Source of the DNA: the human T2T-CHM13v2.0 reference genome, Homo sapiens
NCBI RefSeq assembly: GCF_009914755.1
Contig: NC_060925.1
DNA length: 64,000 nucleotides
Reading direction: 5' to 3' (one strand)
Shown piece after piece: positions 47,417 to 61,600 of this stretch (its first letter is position 1; each line of letters opens with the position of its first letter). The position numbers and the translations under genes are program-made. The notes under the pieces were generated by a model. It was not told where the DNA came from. It was given only the letters and a program-made list of their open reading frames with translations, and searched no databases.

Positions 47417-50400
47417 CCTAGGGGCCAAGCATGATACATTAACAAATCACAATTGCAGGCATGGCCACAGAAGTCATCCTGTCCTACTATAGATCTAATG
47501 CAGGAGTTGCTCCATTCCAACCAGATAACAATCCATGACCTGTTTCAATGTTTCCATTGACATTGCTCATTATCTTACAAGTGTGGTCAGCTAAAGTTCA
47601 GAAAACAAAAGCAAAAACAGCAACCAAAAATCTTTGTATTAAAACAAAATCAACCCAAGGGGACTTCTCAACTAGGTCACGCCTGGACTTTTACCATACA
47701 AATTCTGTACCCATTCTGCCCTAAACATTATATTCTGTGTGCTCTCCAGAGAGACTTTTTTTCCCCAGCTCCTAGGTAAAGTTCTCTTGTCTTTCTTGAC
47801 ACTCTGGTCATAGCCCTGAATCTGCCATTTTTTTTTTAATTCCTAGATGGGCTAAGATGAGACACTAAATTTCTCTAAATGTTTATTTCTTTCTCAGTAA
47901 AATGAAAATAATGACAGATGCCAGTGACATGCCAAACAGCCACCAAGTGGGATATTTTGGTAGATCAATTTGACATAGACTTTTTACTGTGGTTGTTTCT
48001 AATCCAAAGCACATTTTGTTTTGTGGGTTTAAACTTTGTTTAGATATTAGTACTTGTTCATACAAATATGAAAACATGAAATGTTTTCCAATTGTAATGA
48101 TTGTCTTGTTAGCTAAATCTTTAGAAGGATACATTTAAATTTGAAATTGAGGACTTGCTTTTCTTTCACTTTTTAGCAGCTCTTTGTACTGGGATGGCTT
48201 ACTTGAGTGTCTTCTTTTAGATGTGTAAATAAAAACCCTTTTGGGGAGAGAGGTACAACAGGATCTAACCCGAGGAAGATCTTATCTCCTTATTGTCTTT
48301 GATATGCAGAAATACTGTGTAGGGAGGCGAACAGCCAATTGCTTAGGATTCAAGGAGTCTTCTGAGTAAAGGAGTGGAGATACACTATTCCTCCAGGGAA
48401 TTTGGAACCTCTGGACTGGAGGTAGTTCCAGAGAAAGTTTGCTGCTTTAAAGGCCTACTAAGAGTGTCCCCTCCGCGAGAAAAATAAATAAATAAATAAA
48501 TTTAAAAAATGATAAAACTCATCATGAGAGAAGGAACGAATCAGGGTAAGTGATAAATAAAAGGCCTGTCTAGGTCGTTCTAGGACTCTCATGATGTCTG
48601 TAATTTACTTTTCGAAACACTTCAAAATAAACAATGTGATACGTGCATGCATTGGTTTAAGTTAAATACCAGGTGCAGCAGGCATTCTATTTCATCACCT
48701 AAGCTTTGGTTTTTAATCTGAATGTTCACACAACATTACTTCTGTTATCTGTACTTCTACCAAAGTCTTAGGCCTTACTAATCAACGAATTAGAAATTGG
48801 CTCTTGATTGAGAATATTAATGGTGTTCTTTAAGATACAAGGATTGGCTGAAATATTTTAAAGATACTATTCCCGCATGCATAATTAATGTATAAGAATT
48901 TAGTTCTCTTAGAGATGGGGCCCAAAGCTTTAATCCTAAATAGTCTGATATCCAGCCATTGTGATTGGATTTCTAGTTGTCTGATGCTTACTGATGAGGG
49001 TAACTGGATCCTACCTCTGGAATGTTGTCATCTGCCTCTAAGGAATTTCATGCAAGGTGGTGGGTAGAGAACCTAAAAGGAGAGAAAACTGGGAGTAGGA
49101 GGAAGAGAGAAAAGGGAGAGAGTTGAGATCAGTGTCAGTGTGTAGTAGATAATCAGTAATTATCCATTGAGGATTTCAGTGCAGCAGTGATTATCATGAC
49201 TGATCATAGATTTGAATCTGGGTAAGGAAGGGAAAAAGCCCTCAGGTGACTAGGGTAAGTAAAAAGGTAGTAGGATCGGTGGATGACAGGTTCCAGTGTG
49301 GTCAAAGGACTATTAAGAGTTGAGAATATTAGAAGAAATTAGATAGAAAATGAGTAGCACTACTCAGAGTGTTGAATGCTAGAAACTGAGAATGTGGAGT
49401 GTAAAATTATTCATAGTTCAAGGTTTAGGCTATGACCATGAGAATGGGTGGTGAAGGTCAGATATTCAAAGGATCATCTAGGTAAGATTGTTGAAATCAT
49501 CAATAATTATGATAATCAGGGTTGGCAAGAGTCATAGTAAATCAGGAACTAAAATCTCCAAGGAATGCAGAAGAGTGATCTGGAGGATGATAATTAACCA
49601 CATCTGTAAAATGCAACTCCCAAGTCTGTGTGATTTTGGTCATTTATGAGCAAAAGTGATTCTTCTTATATCATAGAAACCTATAAATGTCTGTCTTACT
49701 TTTTATCATGTAAAACTAGCCTAGCTTAGCATACACAGATTAGCAGCTTAACACACAACACAAAAAAAAAGTTTCATATAATTTTTTCCTAAAAAATACT
49801 GTTATATACTTAGAGAAATAATAGTAATGTCATGATAGGGCATAAGAAAGGAAAGAACAGAGGTAATTTCTTTGCAATTTGGGTTTTTAATAGTTCTTTT
49901 GAAAAATTCTGCTCAAAACTATTCAGTCTAGATTACTATATATATACCATAAAAACTATATAATTTTTAAAATATACTGCTGAAGACAGATAAGCCTAAT
50001 AGTTAAGGTATCCAAAGTTATTAATTCATTCATTCATCCATCCATTCATTCATTCAACAAGTGGTAATCACATCTTCAGCTAGGTACTCAGAGTAACATA
50101 GCCTTTGCACAATTAGTTGCCATATATGTATCTGTCCATGATTACTATGGTGAGTTAATTTGTTTTAAATTACTAATTACAGCCTTTGAACCTCTCAGTA
50201 AGATGGGGATTTATTATTTCCTTGGAATCAAAATAATTCATCCAGAGAATATATAATAAAAGTTAAATCAATAGAAATGTCACCATAATAGAAATAAAAT
50301 TCATGGTAAATTGAAAGTTTAAATAACATGTTTAATTAAAAAGACCTAGGATCCTCTTTTATATAATTAGCTTTTGCCAAGCATGGAATCAAAAAGCATG

Positions 50401-50689
50401 ATTTTTACCCTACTCACTAGCTATAAATCTCATCCTTGAATTAATTTTCTACCCTGTAATTTTCTTTTATATTCTCTAGAGAAAAAAAATTTATATATCT
50501 GTAATATTTTAAACAAGTTCTATATAGTGTCTTTTAAAAATGTACTGTTTAATACAGCTCACTAGTTAACTAGTTAGCTATATTCTAAGTGAACTGCTGC
50601 ATTATAATAACTTTAAAGTGTGTATTTCTTCTTCTGGAACAAGAGGTTCTTATGCAAATTCAGTGTAGATTTTCCAGGTGCTATGACAG

Positions 50690-50830
50690 ATTCTTTAAAT
50701 AACTGATCTCTAATCTTTACATTAACACTGCAAGGTCGGTTATTTTCTGCAGCATTTTATAGATGAGAAAAACTGAATCTTAATGAGGTTAGGAAGGTCA
50801 CAAAGTTAGTGACTGTCAGCTGGAGCCTCT
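50690..50830 (-). mobile_element. MIR
   Basis: cattttatagatgagaaaactga...gaggttag...aaggtcaca. Confidence 0.7.
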
Positions 50831-51979
50831 AGGATATACATTGTGCCAGATAAAGTTTGCTGCTGTATAGTCCAAGGTCAGTGGCTTTTCCCTTCTGCCA
50901 CATGGAAGTGATAATTATACTGCTAGTAATATTAATAGCTAATATTTATTAAGTAATTAAAAATGACCAGGTATGTGCTAAGTAAGGCATTGCATGTTTC
51001 TAAATCTTTAATAATATTGTGATTAATATATTGAGATGTAGAGAAGAAAAGTAATTTGCCTAAGATCATACTAAAAATAGGCAACTTAACACAGACACGC
51101 ATCTAGGCTCTCTCCTTTGAATTTTGAACTCAAATTAGAAGGCAAAATAATTAACCTCAATATATGCTTTACTACAATATGAAAGTATGAAAGTGGAGTG
51201 AACATGGATGATGAGAAAGTTGAGATTGTTTCATTTACCTCTGTAATTTGGTAGCTCACGTATTTTCTTCAGGCTTCTGCAAAACTCATACAACTTAAAA
51301 AATGGTCTTTTGGATATTTAAAATTTCATATGATTTTAGGGAGAATTGTTCCAAGTGAAACAGATGCCTTGAATGACAGACGAGTTTGACTTTACTTATA
51401 GCATGGCTCTTTCTCTAGTCAGGATTGTTTACTCTTACCCAAAGACAACCATAATGGGGATTCATATCCCCATTAAATTAAATTCAATTAATTAAATTCA
51501 ATGGGTACATTTAATTAATAAAAGACAGGAAAACAGTGAAAATGATGTCATGACTTTGCTCCTAACATGGGTAACTTACCTGTTCACAGCTGTGCAGTCT
51601 TTCAGTCCTAGCTATTCAGTATGTAAATGCAAATATTTGGTCACTGCTAGGCTTAATACCAATACGAGAACATGGGCTGCTTGTCAAAACTCATGACTAC
51701 TAGTACACATGATTTTCAAGAATTTGCTACTGTTAAACTATCTGAGAAAATAGATATATCATTCAATTTGTTTTATGAGAAGCATTACTGATCTGGTGTT
51801 AAAAATTTAACTTTATGCAGTGCCAGTCATGCTCAATAAACATTTACTTTATGAAAAAAATGAATAAATGAACATAAAGTTGGTGTGTCTCATGTTCATT
51901 CCTCACAGAGTCAGTGTCAAATATTTTACCAATGTTTAGCACAAAGTAAGTGGCAAGGTTGGATGATTCAGCCACTTAC

Positions 51980-52114
51980 CTGAAGAGTGTCTGCACGTTC
52001 ACAATGGTTTTGGCATCTGCCATGTAGTCTTCCTCGGCACTCATGGTGCTCTCTTTATCCACAACCACCATATTAGCAGCAAAAGTCACTCCACACCTGA
52101 GTAAGTCATCTAGG
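51980..52114 (-). CDS. KCNT2: KCNT2 coding exon (135 nt, phase 2->2)
   Basis: tttttatcaaag|CCTAGAT...CTCTTCAG|gtaagt. Translates [44 protein letters not shown](R). The motif is Slo2-family with KCNT2-type residues (KCNT1 has LDSLLQCGIIYADNL). Confidence 0.97.
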
Positions 52115-55100
52115 CTTTGATAAAAATCAACAGAGAAAAACAAACATTAAATAAATCACAATGTTATAATCAGTGCTAAAGTCTAGCACTATCCCCTGTG
52201 CTTATATAAGTTGCCTTTAGAGGTGGCTTTTACAGAGTGTGCACAGGTAGCTATTAAAGGGAATTATGATACAATATTATCTACCAATATGAAATAATTT
52301 TTATTTTGGGTACTTTACATGTCATTAGATCTCAACTGTTTCAAAATATGTGTGTTAAAATATTTTCTTTAATAATTTTTATTAATTATATACATGAAAT
52401 ATGGAATACATCCATTTTGCAATAAAATAGAGCATATTAGAAATTTGTTTTTACAGTTAACATACTACTTCAAAGACACATTTACTTTTTTTTACTTCTA
52501 AAGTAATTTTGGTAAGAGAGGAATAAATAAGTGCTATGTTAATTTAGATGGTCAAGCTTAACGAAAAAATACAAAACTATGAAATGTTTATTTTTAAATG
52601 TTTATTATTCCTTTATGTAAGACCTATGTGCTATAGATTGGTTCTACACAACCAAGAGCATATAAAATATACAAATTCTGTTGTATGCAAGCCTACTGTT
52701 TAGCCAGCCTAAGTTTTTGAGCAAGTGATTGAATAACCCGATTTCTTTGGCTGGATGAAGTAATTGCTAAAGTAGGAAACACATACCTGTGAGCTAAAAT
52801 AGAGTCAGTCTTCTTCCCTATCACTGACAAAAAAAAAAATCTTACCTATCATTCTCCCAATGAATTAAAAGAAAATGTTTATTTACCGTTAAAGCTGAAA
52901 CAGGGAAACATTATTCTCATTGCCTCTGCTTCATGCAAACTAGAAAAGTAGAACTGAATTGGATAATGGAGACTAAACTTGAATGAGTACAAGAATGTTC
53001 TAGGTACAGAGTTGATTGAAGACAGATAAGAAAAGATAGGTTAATTGATTTCCGTATCTTCTGATTTATAATAGGATGTTTAAAGCTTAAAGAGCAGTAG
53101 TTTCTCTTAGGTTTTTAAATTGAAGAGTGAAGTCCCTGAGGATCTTTTCCAAGTGCATGATTGGTTGAGTTAGCCATGTCACGTTAGAGGGAATTATTTT
53201 CCTTTTATGGGAAGGCGGGAGGCAGGATTTCTTACTCTGTTATTAGGCGACAGGGTATTACCAAAGCCTTGAGTCCAAGATCCCCAGGAGTAGTCCAGAA
53301 AAAATATTTCGCTTGAATCAGGAACAATGGTCTGTGGCAGAGATTTTATGGCTAAAACTGTGGAAACAGAATGTTATTCCAAATAAATTTCCTATGATAA
53401 GAGGGGCCAGGACCATAACATCCAACCACTATGATGACCTTCAAGTTTAAATGCCTAGGGATACTTGGGTCTTTCTTTTATTCAGGAAATTTATCATAAT
53501 TTTTCTTAATTTATTAAAGTACATTAAAAAAGAAAGAGTTAGATGGAAAATGAATGTGTTATGGCCCTTGTGGACCATCAAAATGACGCTTAAGTCATAT
53601 GTCTTCACACCACCTTATCATAATTTTACATCACTTTCTCATATTTCAGCTTTCACAATCTTTTTTCTTCATTAATAAAACATCTCCATTATAATTACCT
53701 ATATAGGAAAAGGAAAGGATAGGGCAGTCGAGGATAAGAGTGACTGGATAAGTATATATGCATAGAAGTGAAGATAGGAAAGATGAATAGTTAATCATCA
53801 ATCATTCAATGACGTTGAAGTGAACATTTGACCAAAACTTCACTTTGAGAGTACCTGTGCTAAATAGCTGTTACCTATACCCACGTGTGTCGGTTAATTC
53901 CAGTCTCAAAAATACTGGCTGTTATAGTTTACTCATAACCTTGGCAAATTATCGTTACATATCAATTTAAATCTATATAGAAAGTAGATAAATTTGGAAT
54001 AATATTTCTGAACCATGTGGAAGCTTTTTAATTATTTTCTGCTTTAAGATTATATTATTATTTTTCTATTTACTACTGCATTTATTTTTTTTTTTTAAGT
54101 AGGCTGCCAACTTATTCTTATAACTCCTCTCCATCATAATTTCTGCAAGGCCATTGCCTTATTTTTCCCTCAGCATGGCTGCTTTACACAGTGTGGCCAG
54201 CAGATGGGAGCACAAGAAAGTCAATCTAGATGGAAAACAAGTTATAGGGATAATTGGCAAAGCCTCCCTTTCTATCCCTCTCTAAGACCCCTTTTTGCAA
54301 GGACTAGAATGTGAAGTACGTAAGTGTAAAGAAGTGTTCATGAATGTGTTTTAATTCATTCAAAGAGGTATTTTTAAAGAAAGATTTCAAATACAAGCAA
54401 AAGAGGAGAATTGTTAGATGAACATAACTGTCCCCAGACCAACAATTATCAATTCGTAGCCAATTCTGTTTTATTTCTGTCCCTAGGAATTTGATCCTTT
54501 CAATTATTTATTCTCTCACCATAAATACTTGTACAGAGGAAGAATCCACTTCATAGTTTGCATCAGAAAAGGTATATGGGACGTTTATTCTTTAGCTTTT
54601 AGATATACTGTTTTTCTAATAAATTTTAACAGAACACTATTACCTCAAAAGATTTCAAAAAAGATGATTGGTTATAAAACATGTGTAGAATTTAAATAGT
54701 AATTTTAGTACATCTAACTACAGTTTATTTACTTGGTTAGTATTATCATAACTGATGAGGTAAATTATATTAACATAGAATGGAGGCTAATCATATTTTA
54801 GACTGTTTGACCTTTAATGTATCCACAGCACTAAATACTTTCAAAGTTGTAAAACTGTGTTTTCTTCAACATCTACAGGATAAAATGTAAGTGTTAAAGT
54901 TCTCAATTGGTAAATTTTAGCATTTTATTTTGAAGGCTCTGGCTGACATTTTTTAGAAGTGGAAAAGTAACATATATTATTTCAAGTATATTAGCGTTTT
55001 GATCTTTTATTTTTATATATATTTTTAATGTCACCATAATACATGTATAAGAATTTGTATTTAATTACTAATGTATTAAACACATATGACCTTTTCATTA

Positions 55101-55356
55101 ACAAATATTTTAGAAATTATAAACTCTGACATGTGACCAAAGTAAACTCTAAAGGAATTGCTCCAATTTATAAATCTAAGTTAAAATGAGCATTTCTAAA
55201 TTATTTCAAAGTTTCCAGAAGTTATCGTAACGCTATCAATGCATCACAATATTGCAACTTTAGTTTTCTCTACCACTATGTCAATAGTAATAATGTTGTT
55301 ATAGATGACACAAAACTAAAACAGCATTAGAAACTGAGCAAAACTGACAAAATTGA

Positions 55357-55548
55357 CATGCAGCAAGATTTGTTTTAATTCAACAATAGATTACTACTCA
55401 GAAAGTTTAATACAAGATGTATAACACGAGAACATAAGCTCTACATGCAAAATATATCATATTTGCAATACTGACACGGCAAATTACACTCATCATGCAG
55501 TAACAAGGCACAGCACATGACAAACCACAGGACACTACACTAGTTAGT
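55357..55548 (-). promoter_or_regulatory. Candidate intronic splicing enhancer: 3x UGCAUG (RBFOX) + ACUAAC (QKI)
   Basis: Plus-strand catgca at 55357-62, 55444-49 and 55494-99, and gttagt at 55543-48, all within 215 nt downstream of the 72-nt exon donor. Confidence 0.6.
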
Positions 55549-55570
55549 GTGCCAAAGATTTTGTCACCTA

Positions 55571-55699
<129 letters not shown>

Positions 55700-58600
55700 C
55701 TAGGGAAAGGAAGTAAGTTGACTTAGTTTGCATTTCCAAAACTCAACACTGCTGACAAAATTAATTTTCAGTGCTTTTTTTTCTTAACATTAACTAGAAA
55801 ATGTCATTTGCACTTGTTATGAATCATAAAATGCCCTCAGAATTATAAAAACAAGTTGTATTTCAGCTTTCTAAATCAGAAACATTATCGCATAATTCTA
55901 CAAAAATACAGAATTGATATTCTTAATTATGACCAAGAAATCTTATAAATAAATTTAAAAGTTATCCATGCACAGGAGGCCTTGTAAAATAAAAAAACTA
56001 ATGCATTTTTTTAGATGATCTAAAGCAATGGGTACTAATGCCTCTTAGTGAGCAACTATTAAGCATGTCTATTAAGAACTACTTTCTCTAAGGGATATAT
56101 GTATAATCACAACATGCCCTATATAATATGTCAGTATGTCAAATAAATATAGTATATATGCTCATGCAAAATATGTATTATATAAAATTATAGTGAAAGT
56201 AATGCATTTTTAAATTTATTGATATACTCTCTATATATTATTGAGGAAACATTTATGACTGAAGTCTTTACTTATATACATATTTGAGGAAAGAACCATA
56301 AACTGGAAAGCTTCCTTAGAAACTGCTTAATCTATTGTATTCATTTCACAAAGTTATTAATTCCTTCATGTATCTATTCACTCAGCATATATGTATCCAA
56401 ACATTTTATTTAATAGACATTTTAACACATTCAGGTATATGCAAAAGAATATCCTGTTAACTTGTAAGAAATAAAGAGTTTTAAAAATTATGTACAAAAT
56501 CATACAATTCTATTATATATTTTAATCTGTAAAAACAAACAATATGTTATATTTAGGAGGCAGAATTGAGGAACATTTCACAGAGCTGATATTTAATTTG
56601 AATGTTAAAGGATTAGTAGGAGTTTGTTCAGCATATGAGGAGGAGAAGAAAATTCTAGGCCAAGAAAACTGGTACCTACAAGCCTCCCTGGCTAGATGAA
56701 CTTTTTGTTCTCTCCCTGACTTATTTCTCTCCTGTTGGTCATCCTTCTAGCTCTTTACACTCTGAAGAAAAAGAATGCTTAATACAGCAAAACATTTAAA
56801 GAAAAAAAAAAAAACTTGTAAAGAATACCATTATTTTAATTTTGATTAAATTTCTCCTATCATTAATTTTCTTTGTAGTCATTAAAATGACCCAATAGTA
56901 TTACATCTTACGAATGTACCACAATTCATTCTTAAAATCTTCAGTTACTTATTTTGTAAGTTATTTTCACTTTTTTCTGTGAAATACTGCAGTTATCAGT
57001 TCTTTGCAGTACCTTGCTATCGTATTTAACACTGGTATTCACATCTTCCGAAGACCTTATTTTCTTTTTTTTTTTTAAGCATTGATTTTTTTTTTATCAT
57101 TATCCCAAAACATTTATGGAAGGGATATTAGTGGATCACAGCCTATAAACAGTTTTAAAGATCCTGATATATGTTTTCAACAAATATTATAACCAAATAT
57201 ACACTCCAGTAGCAGTCTCTGATAGTGCCTTATGGTAGAGATTTCTAGTTATACTCTTTCTAGGTACTGTCCTGCTTCTTAAAATTAGCAGGGCTATTTT
57301 AATTGCTGATTCAAAACCCTCCACATCTCTCTCACCCTGTCTTGTAATTGGAGAAGCACATAGGAGGATGCAGGTACCACAAGAGTGGGGCAACACTGGG
57401 CTGTTGCGGTGATCTGAAAAATCCCTTCGCCTGTGTCTTGAGGTCACTGTGGACAAAGTAAGTCTTGATTTTATGCCAACCCTTCTACTAGAGTTAAAAA
57501 TGAAGATAAGGCCTTTCTATTTTGTTGCTTTGTCTAGCAGAGAATATAAAAGCTAACTGGCCATCAAATTTAATCATTGTTATGCTTTAAGAAACTCATG
57601 AATTTCAGTCACATGCAATTCTACCACAAATATGTACTTACAATGGGCAAGCAATGTGCCAAATCCTTGGAAATTGCTTTAACATCTGTATTGTGGTAGT
57701 ATGGTTCATCCTTACATGAATTCAGCTATGTTACAAGGTAAATGAAGTCACCTGAACCCTACTAAATATATAATCCTGATGAAGGATATCTAAGGTAAGT
57801 GGTCTATTATGCCGTATTCTTTGCAAAATTTAATTTAGCATAATAGATAGATTCATCTACTACAGCTATTGAAAAAAGGTGGCTTAAAAGGAAATCTGAA
57901 ACATAAAGAATAAATAAATTGTGCATTTACATGTATTATGCCAGCTGACCTAAATACATTGTCAACAGTGTTCATGGCACCGACCTGTTTAGTAATTGAG
58001 TAACATAAATGATATTATAGGCTCATAATAAAACAATTTTTTAATCATTGGGAGGCAGCTAATTGGCAAGCACAACCTTTACATTGGGAAGCATTATTAT
58101 TGAAAAACATTAAACAAAAACATAAAACATTCCTAAAACTAGATGTCCTTTTCCTACATTATGTCCCCAAAGTACTGATGAAGAGTTTTATATTTAAAAA
58201 ATTATGCAGTAGAATAAAATGTATGCATTTTAAAAAATCTGACTGCTAAACAGAGAAGGCTTATTTACGTTGGGAATTACATTAAGGAAAAGTGGTGACA
58301 ATGATTGACAGATTTAACTACATAGCTCATTACAAACAGATTAATAAGAAATAAATGTCGAAAAATTGTTACTTATACAAAATTTGTAGACCACAGTTGC
58401 TTAATATATAAAGAAGTATTTGATAATCAATTAAAAAGGTAAACATGACAAAAAATAGATCCAGGGAAGAATAAATATACATGAATCGAAACAAAACAAA
58501 AAAACACAGGCTGAAACTAACCGGTAATAAACAAAATAAAAATTCAACAAACACAAAAAGTAACTGATGTTAGTAAACAGAAGGAAAATGAGCACATTCA

Positions 58601-61600
58601 TTAATGAGTCTTAACTGTAATTCTATTAGAAAAGATGACGACTTATGAGCCAAAAGCCTCATATTCTTATAGAAATTCTCATAGCAAAAGTTGCCATCCA
58701 AATATTAGTCAGTGACTGTTAGGAAGTAAAAAAGGTTTGCAAATTTGTATGAATTTGTAAAATTCAAGGCCATTATTTTGTTCCCATTTAACTAATAACA
58801 ATTAAAAATTAATTTCTTTATTTCAAGTTCAAGAAATGAGCATAGCATGCTTTTATGAGCACAGTTTATTTTGTTAACATTTCCTAATTCCACTTTTAAG
58901 TACTTTATTCCTTGCTAGACAATATGAAAGTAGTTTAATTTTAGCTACTTAAATAAGTGTCCTTTTTTATTAATTGGGTTTTCATAATCCGTCCATCAGT
59001 TTGAATAGTGACAGTGTTATTTTCTTGATTGGCAGAAGAAAAAAATGATGTTTCTTATCTTCCTTTTATGAATCAGATATTGCACTAGGATTTTATATAC
59101 ATTATCTACATCATCTCACAATAGCTTTTTAAGATAAATGTTTTAACCATTTTACAAATCAGAAAAATGTGGCTTAAAAAGACTCAGTAACATTTAACAG
59201 ACCTATCAAGAGCATAAATTTAGAACTTAGATCTGAATAAGTCTAAAGTTTGAATTTTAAAAATAAGAACACTGACATCAGGGATTTTATCATTACTTTC
59301 AAAATAAGCTGAAGTTTACTTGGCACCATATGTGGAAAGAAGATTGATTTAATGAATGGATAGTGTGAAGAAGACCTTGATAAATATTAAGAGCAAAAGC
59401 CTGGATCTTTCCCTTCATCCTTATGTAGCTTTGGATAATATATTCTAGCTTTTGACTTGCTTTTCTATCTTTCACATGAGATGATGTTAAAAATGACTAG
59501 ATGACCTTTAAGGTTGGGGTGGTAATCAAAATATTTAAAATCAGTATGGCACAACAGACCAAACAGAACAGATGGCCAGCCAATCAGAACTGACACCAGC
59601 TCTAATGAACCAGTACCAACTGAAAGATGCTTTTCAATATGACTGAGTTTTATTTAATTACCATTTAAGATCTAGAAAGGTTTATATTTGAAAACATTGT
59701 GAACACTTATTTTGGCATATTATGTGTATGAATATTATAAATTTAATTTACATTTTAAAATCCCATGCTTATTACATCTGCTATTATTTATTTCTGTTAT
59801 ATTGAATTAATTGCCGTTTCGACTAATTTTTAAAAATAGCCACATACTGAATACTATTTTCAGCTGTACTCATGTGAATTTTAAGTCAAACCCTCAAAAC
59901 TAACTAATAATTCTAGAAGGGTATGCAATCATCATTGTAGGAATTCCTATAATATGGAAATATTGTAAAGAAGAAAGCCTCATTTTTTTTGTAATATTGT
60001 AGGATGGATTGCAAAGTGCTCTCCATTTCAGAGCAACAGGCATCTAATTGTTAAAAAAAAAAAAAAAGAATTGCATAAAACTTCCTGGACATTGTTAATT
60101 GGTGTTTAGTTTTAGTTTCCTCATTCTTAACCAAAGGAACAGAGGACAACAAATAAGAATATTCGACAATACTTTCGGGAAGTACACAGAAAGCTAACAG
60201 ATTTTACAGCGTGAACTTTCAACCTAACCCTTTGAAATAAAGTCAAACCCTACAAGAATTATTTAATAACAATATAATGTGGATTGTTGGATTCCCAAAT
60301 GTAAGCCATTAGGAAGGCAAAGGGAACTTTTAATGCAAAAATAAACCAAAGTTAAGATATATTCTTGTTTTCAAAAAGTATGAGCAAGCAACATGTATTT
60401 TTTTCATATATGAAAACCCTGTAAGTTGAAAGAAAAATAAAACAGAAATTTCATAGAAAGGTCTAATTCAAAAACTGACCATGAAAAAGGTCATTCACCT
60501 TCTTTGTGTCTCTTTTACATCCTCTTAAAATAAGAGACAGTGTTGTAGCCACCTCACACAGCTTTCAGTTTATTTAAATGTTTACATCGTAATTTGAGAT
60601 TTTAAACTGCTTGGCACATCTCTCTAAGACTAAATCATCACTGTAATGTAAATATGTGACTTGTGCAACTAAAATGTAAAGTAAAGTGTGTAGTATGATG
60701 ACTGACATGTAGTAGTCATTGTAATTATGAACAGAGGATGGAGGTAAATAATATTAACTTTATTGAATAATCTTTATGGTCTTATTCAGATGAATTATTA
60801 TCTGATAAAAGCCACATCTATATTTATAGAGAAATACTAACCAGTTGTCAGTAATTAAGAGAGGTAGAGTTTTCAGATTATTTTGTGATTGATCAAGGAA
60901 TGAAGACTGTGTAGCCAGTCCTTGAACAATCACATAATTGATTTTATAATCCTAATATACAAATCAATCAATCATTCAGTAATCAGACATTTTTGTAACC
61001 TGTTTATTCAAAACCAAACAGAAAGGGATTGATTTGGTTATAGCTACTCTAAAATCTACATAAAACATACAAGTAAAACACTTCTTAGCTCCTGTCACCT
61101 GTGTGATGGTGAAAATGGAGACTTAGAGATTTGAAATAAGGTTACCTAGCAAGACTGAAGATTGAAAATGAGGAGTCCATCTCTGTTCATAGAGTGAACT
61201 CCAGTCCCAGATATGAAGAGACTGATTTTTGGTAGGGAGGTTTACACATCAGGACAAGAAACTTTATCTTGAAATTATGTGAAGAGGAGGAAAGTACAGT
61301 TTTGTCCTTAGTCCTATCAGAAAGATGCTGTAAGCACAGTTCCACTTTTTTCTCAATCCACTTCCTACCTTCCTGTCTGTAACCTGGTACCTGAATTGAT
61401 CCAGTTTGATCCAAGCCATACAACATATAGCTACTCTAAGGCAACGTTTGCAAATGCCATTGTCTTAACTTCCACTTTCAGGGCAATGTACTCATCATAA
61501 GCAAAAGAAGCCAAAAGCTGACACATTTGAACTCACACAGTTAGGCATCCCTCCTGTGGCAGCTCAGCCAATTTCTTGGAGCTTCCTAGCAGAGATGCTT

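Noticed and set aside
51452-51475. Perfect 10-bp hairpin taatggggat-tcat-atccccatta
   Set aside because: About one such stem is expected by chance in 64 kb; too short for a pre-miRNA.
51980-52114. Assignment to the paralogue KCNT1
   Set aside because: Residues ([27 protein letters not shown]) and the AT-rich, long-intron context fit KCNT2.
52781-52810. Minus strand ctattttag-ctcacag|gtatgt: possible 7-nt microexon or recursive splice site
   Set aside because: Short pyrimidine tract, frameshifting length, and a 3.5-kb intron is far shorter than typical recursively spliced introns.
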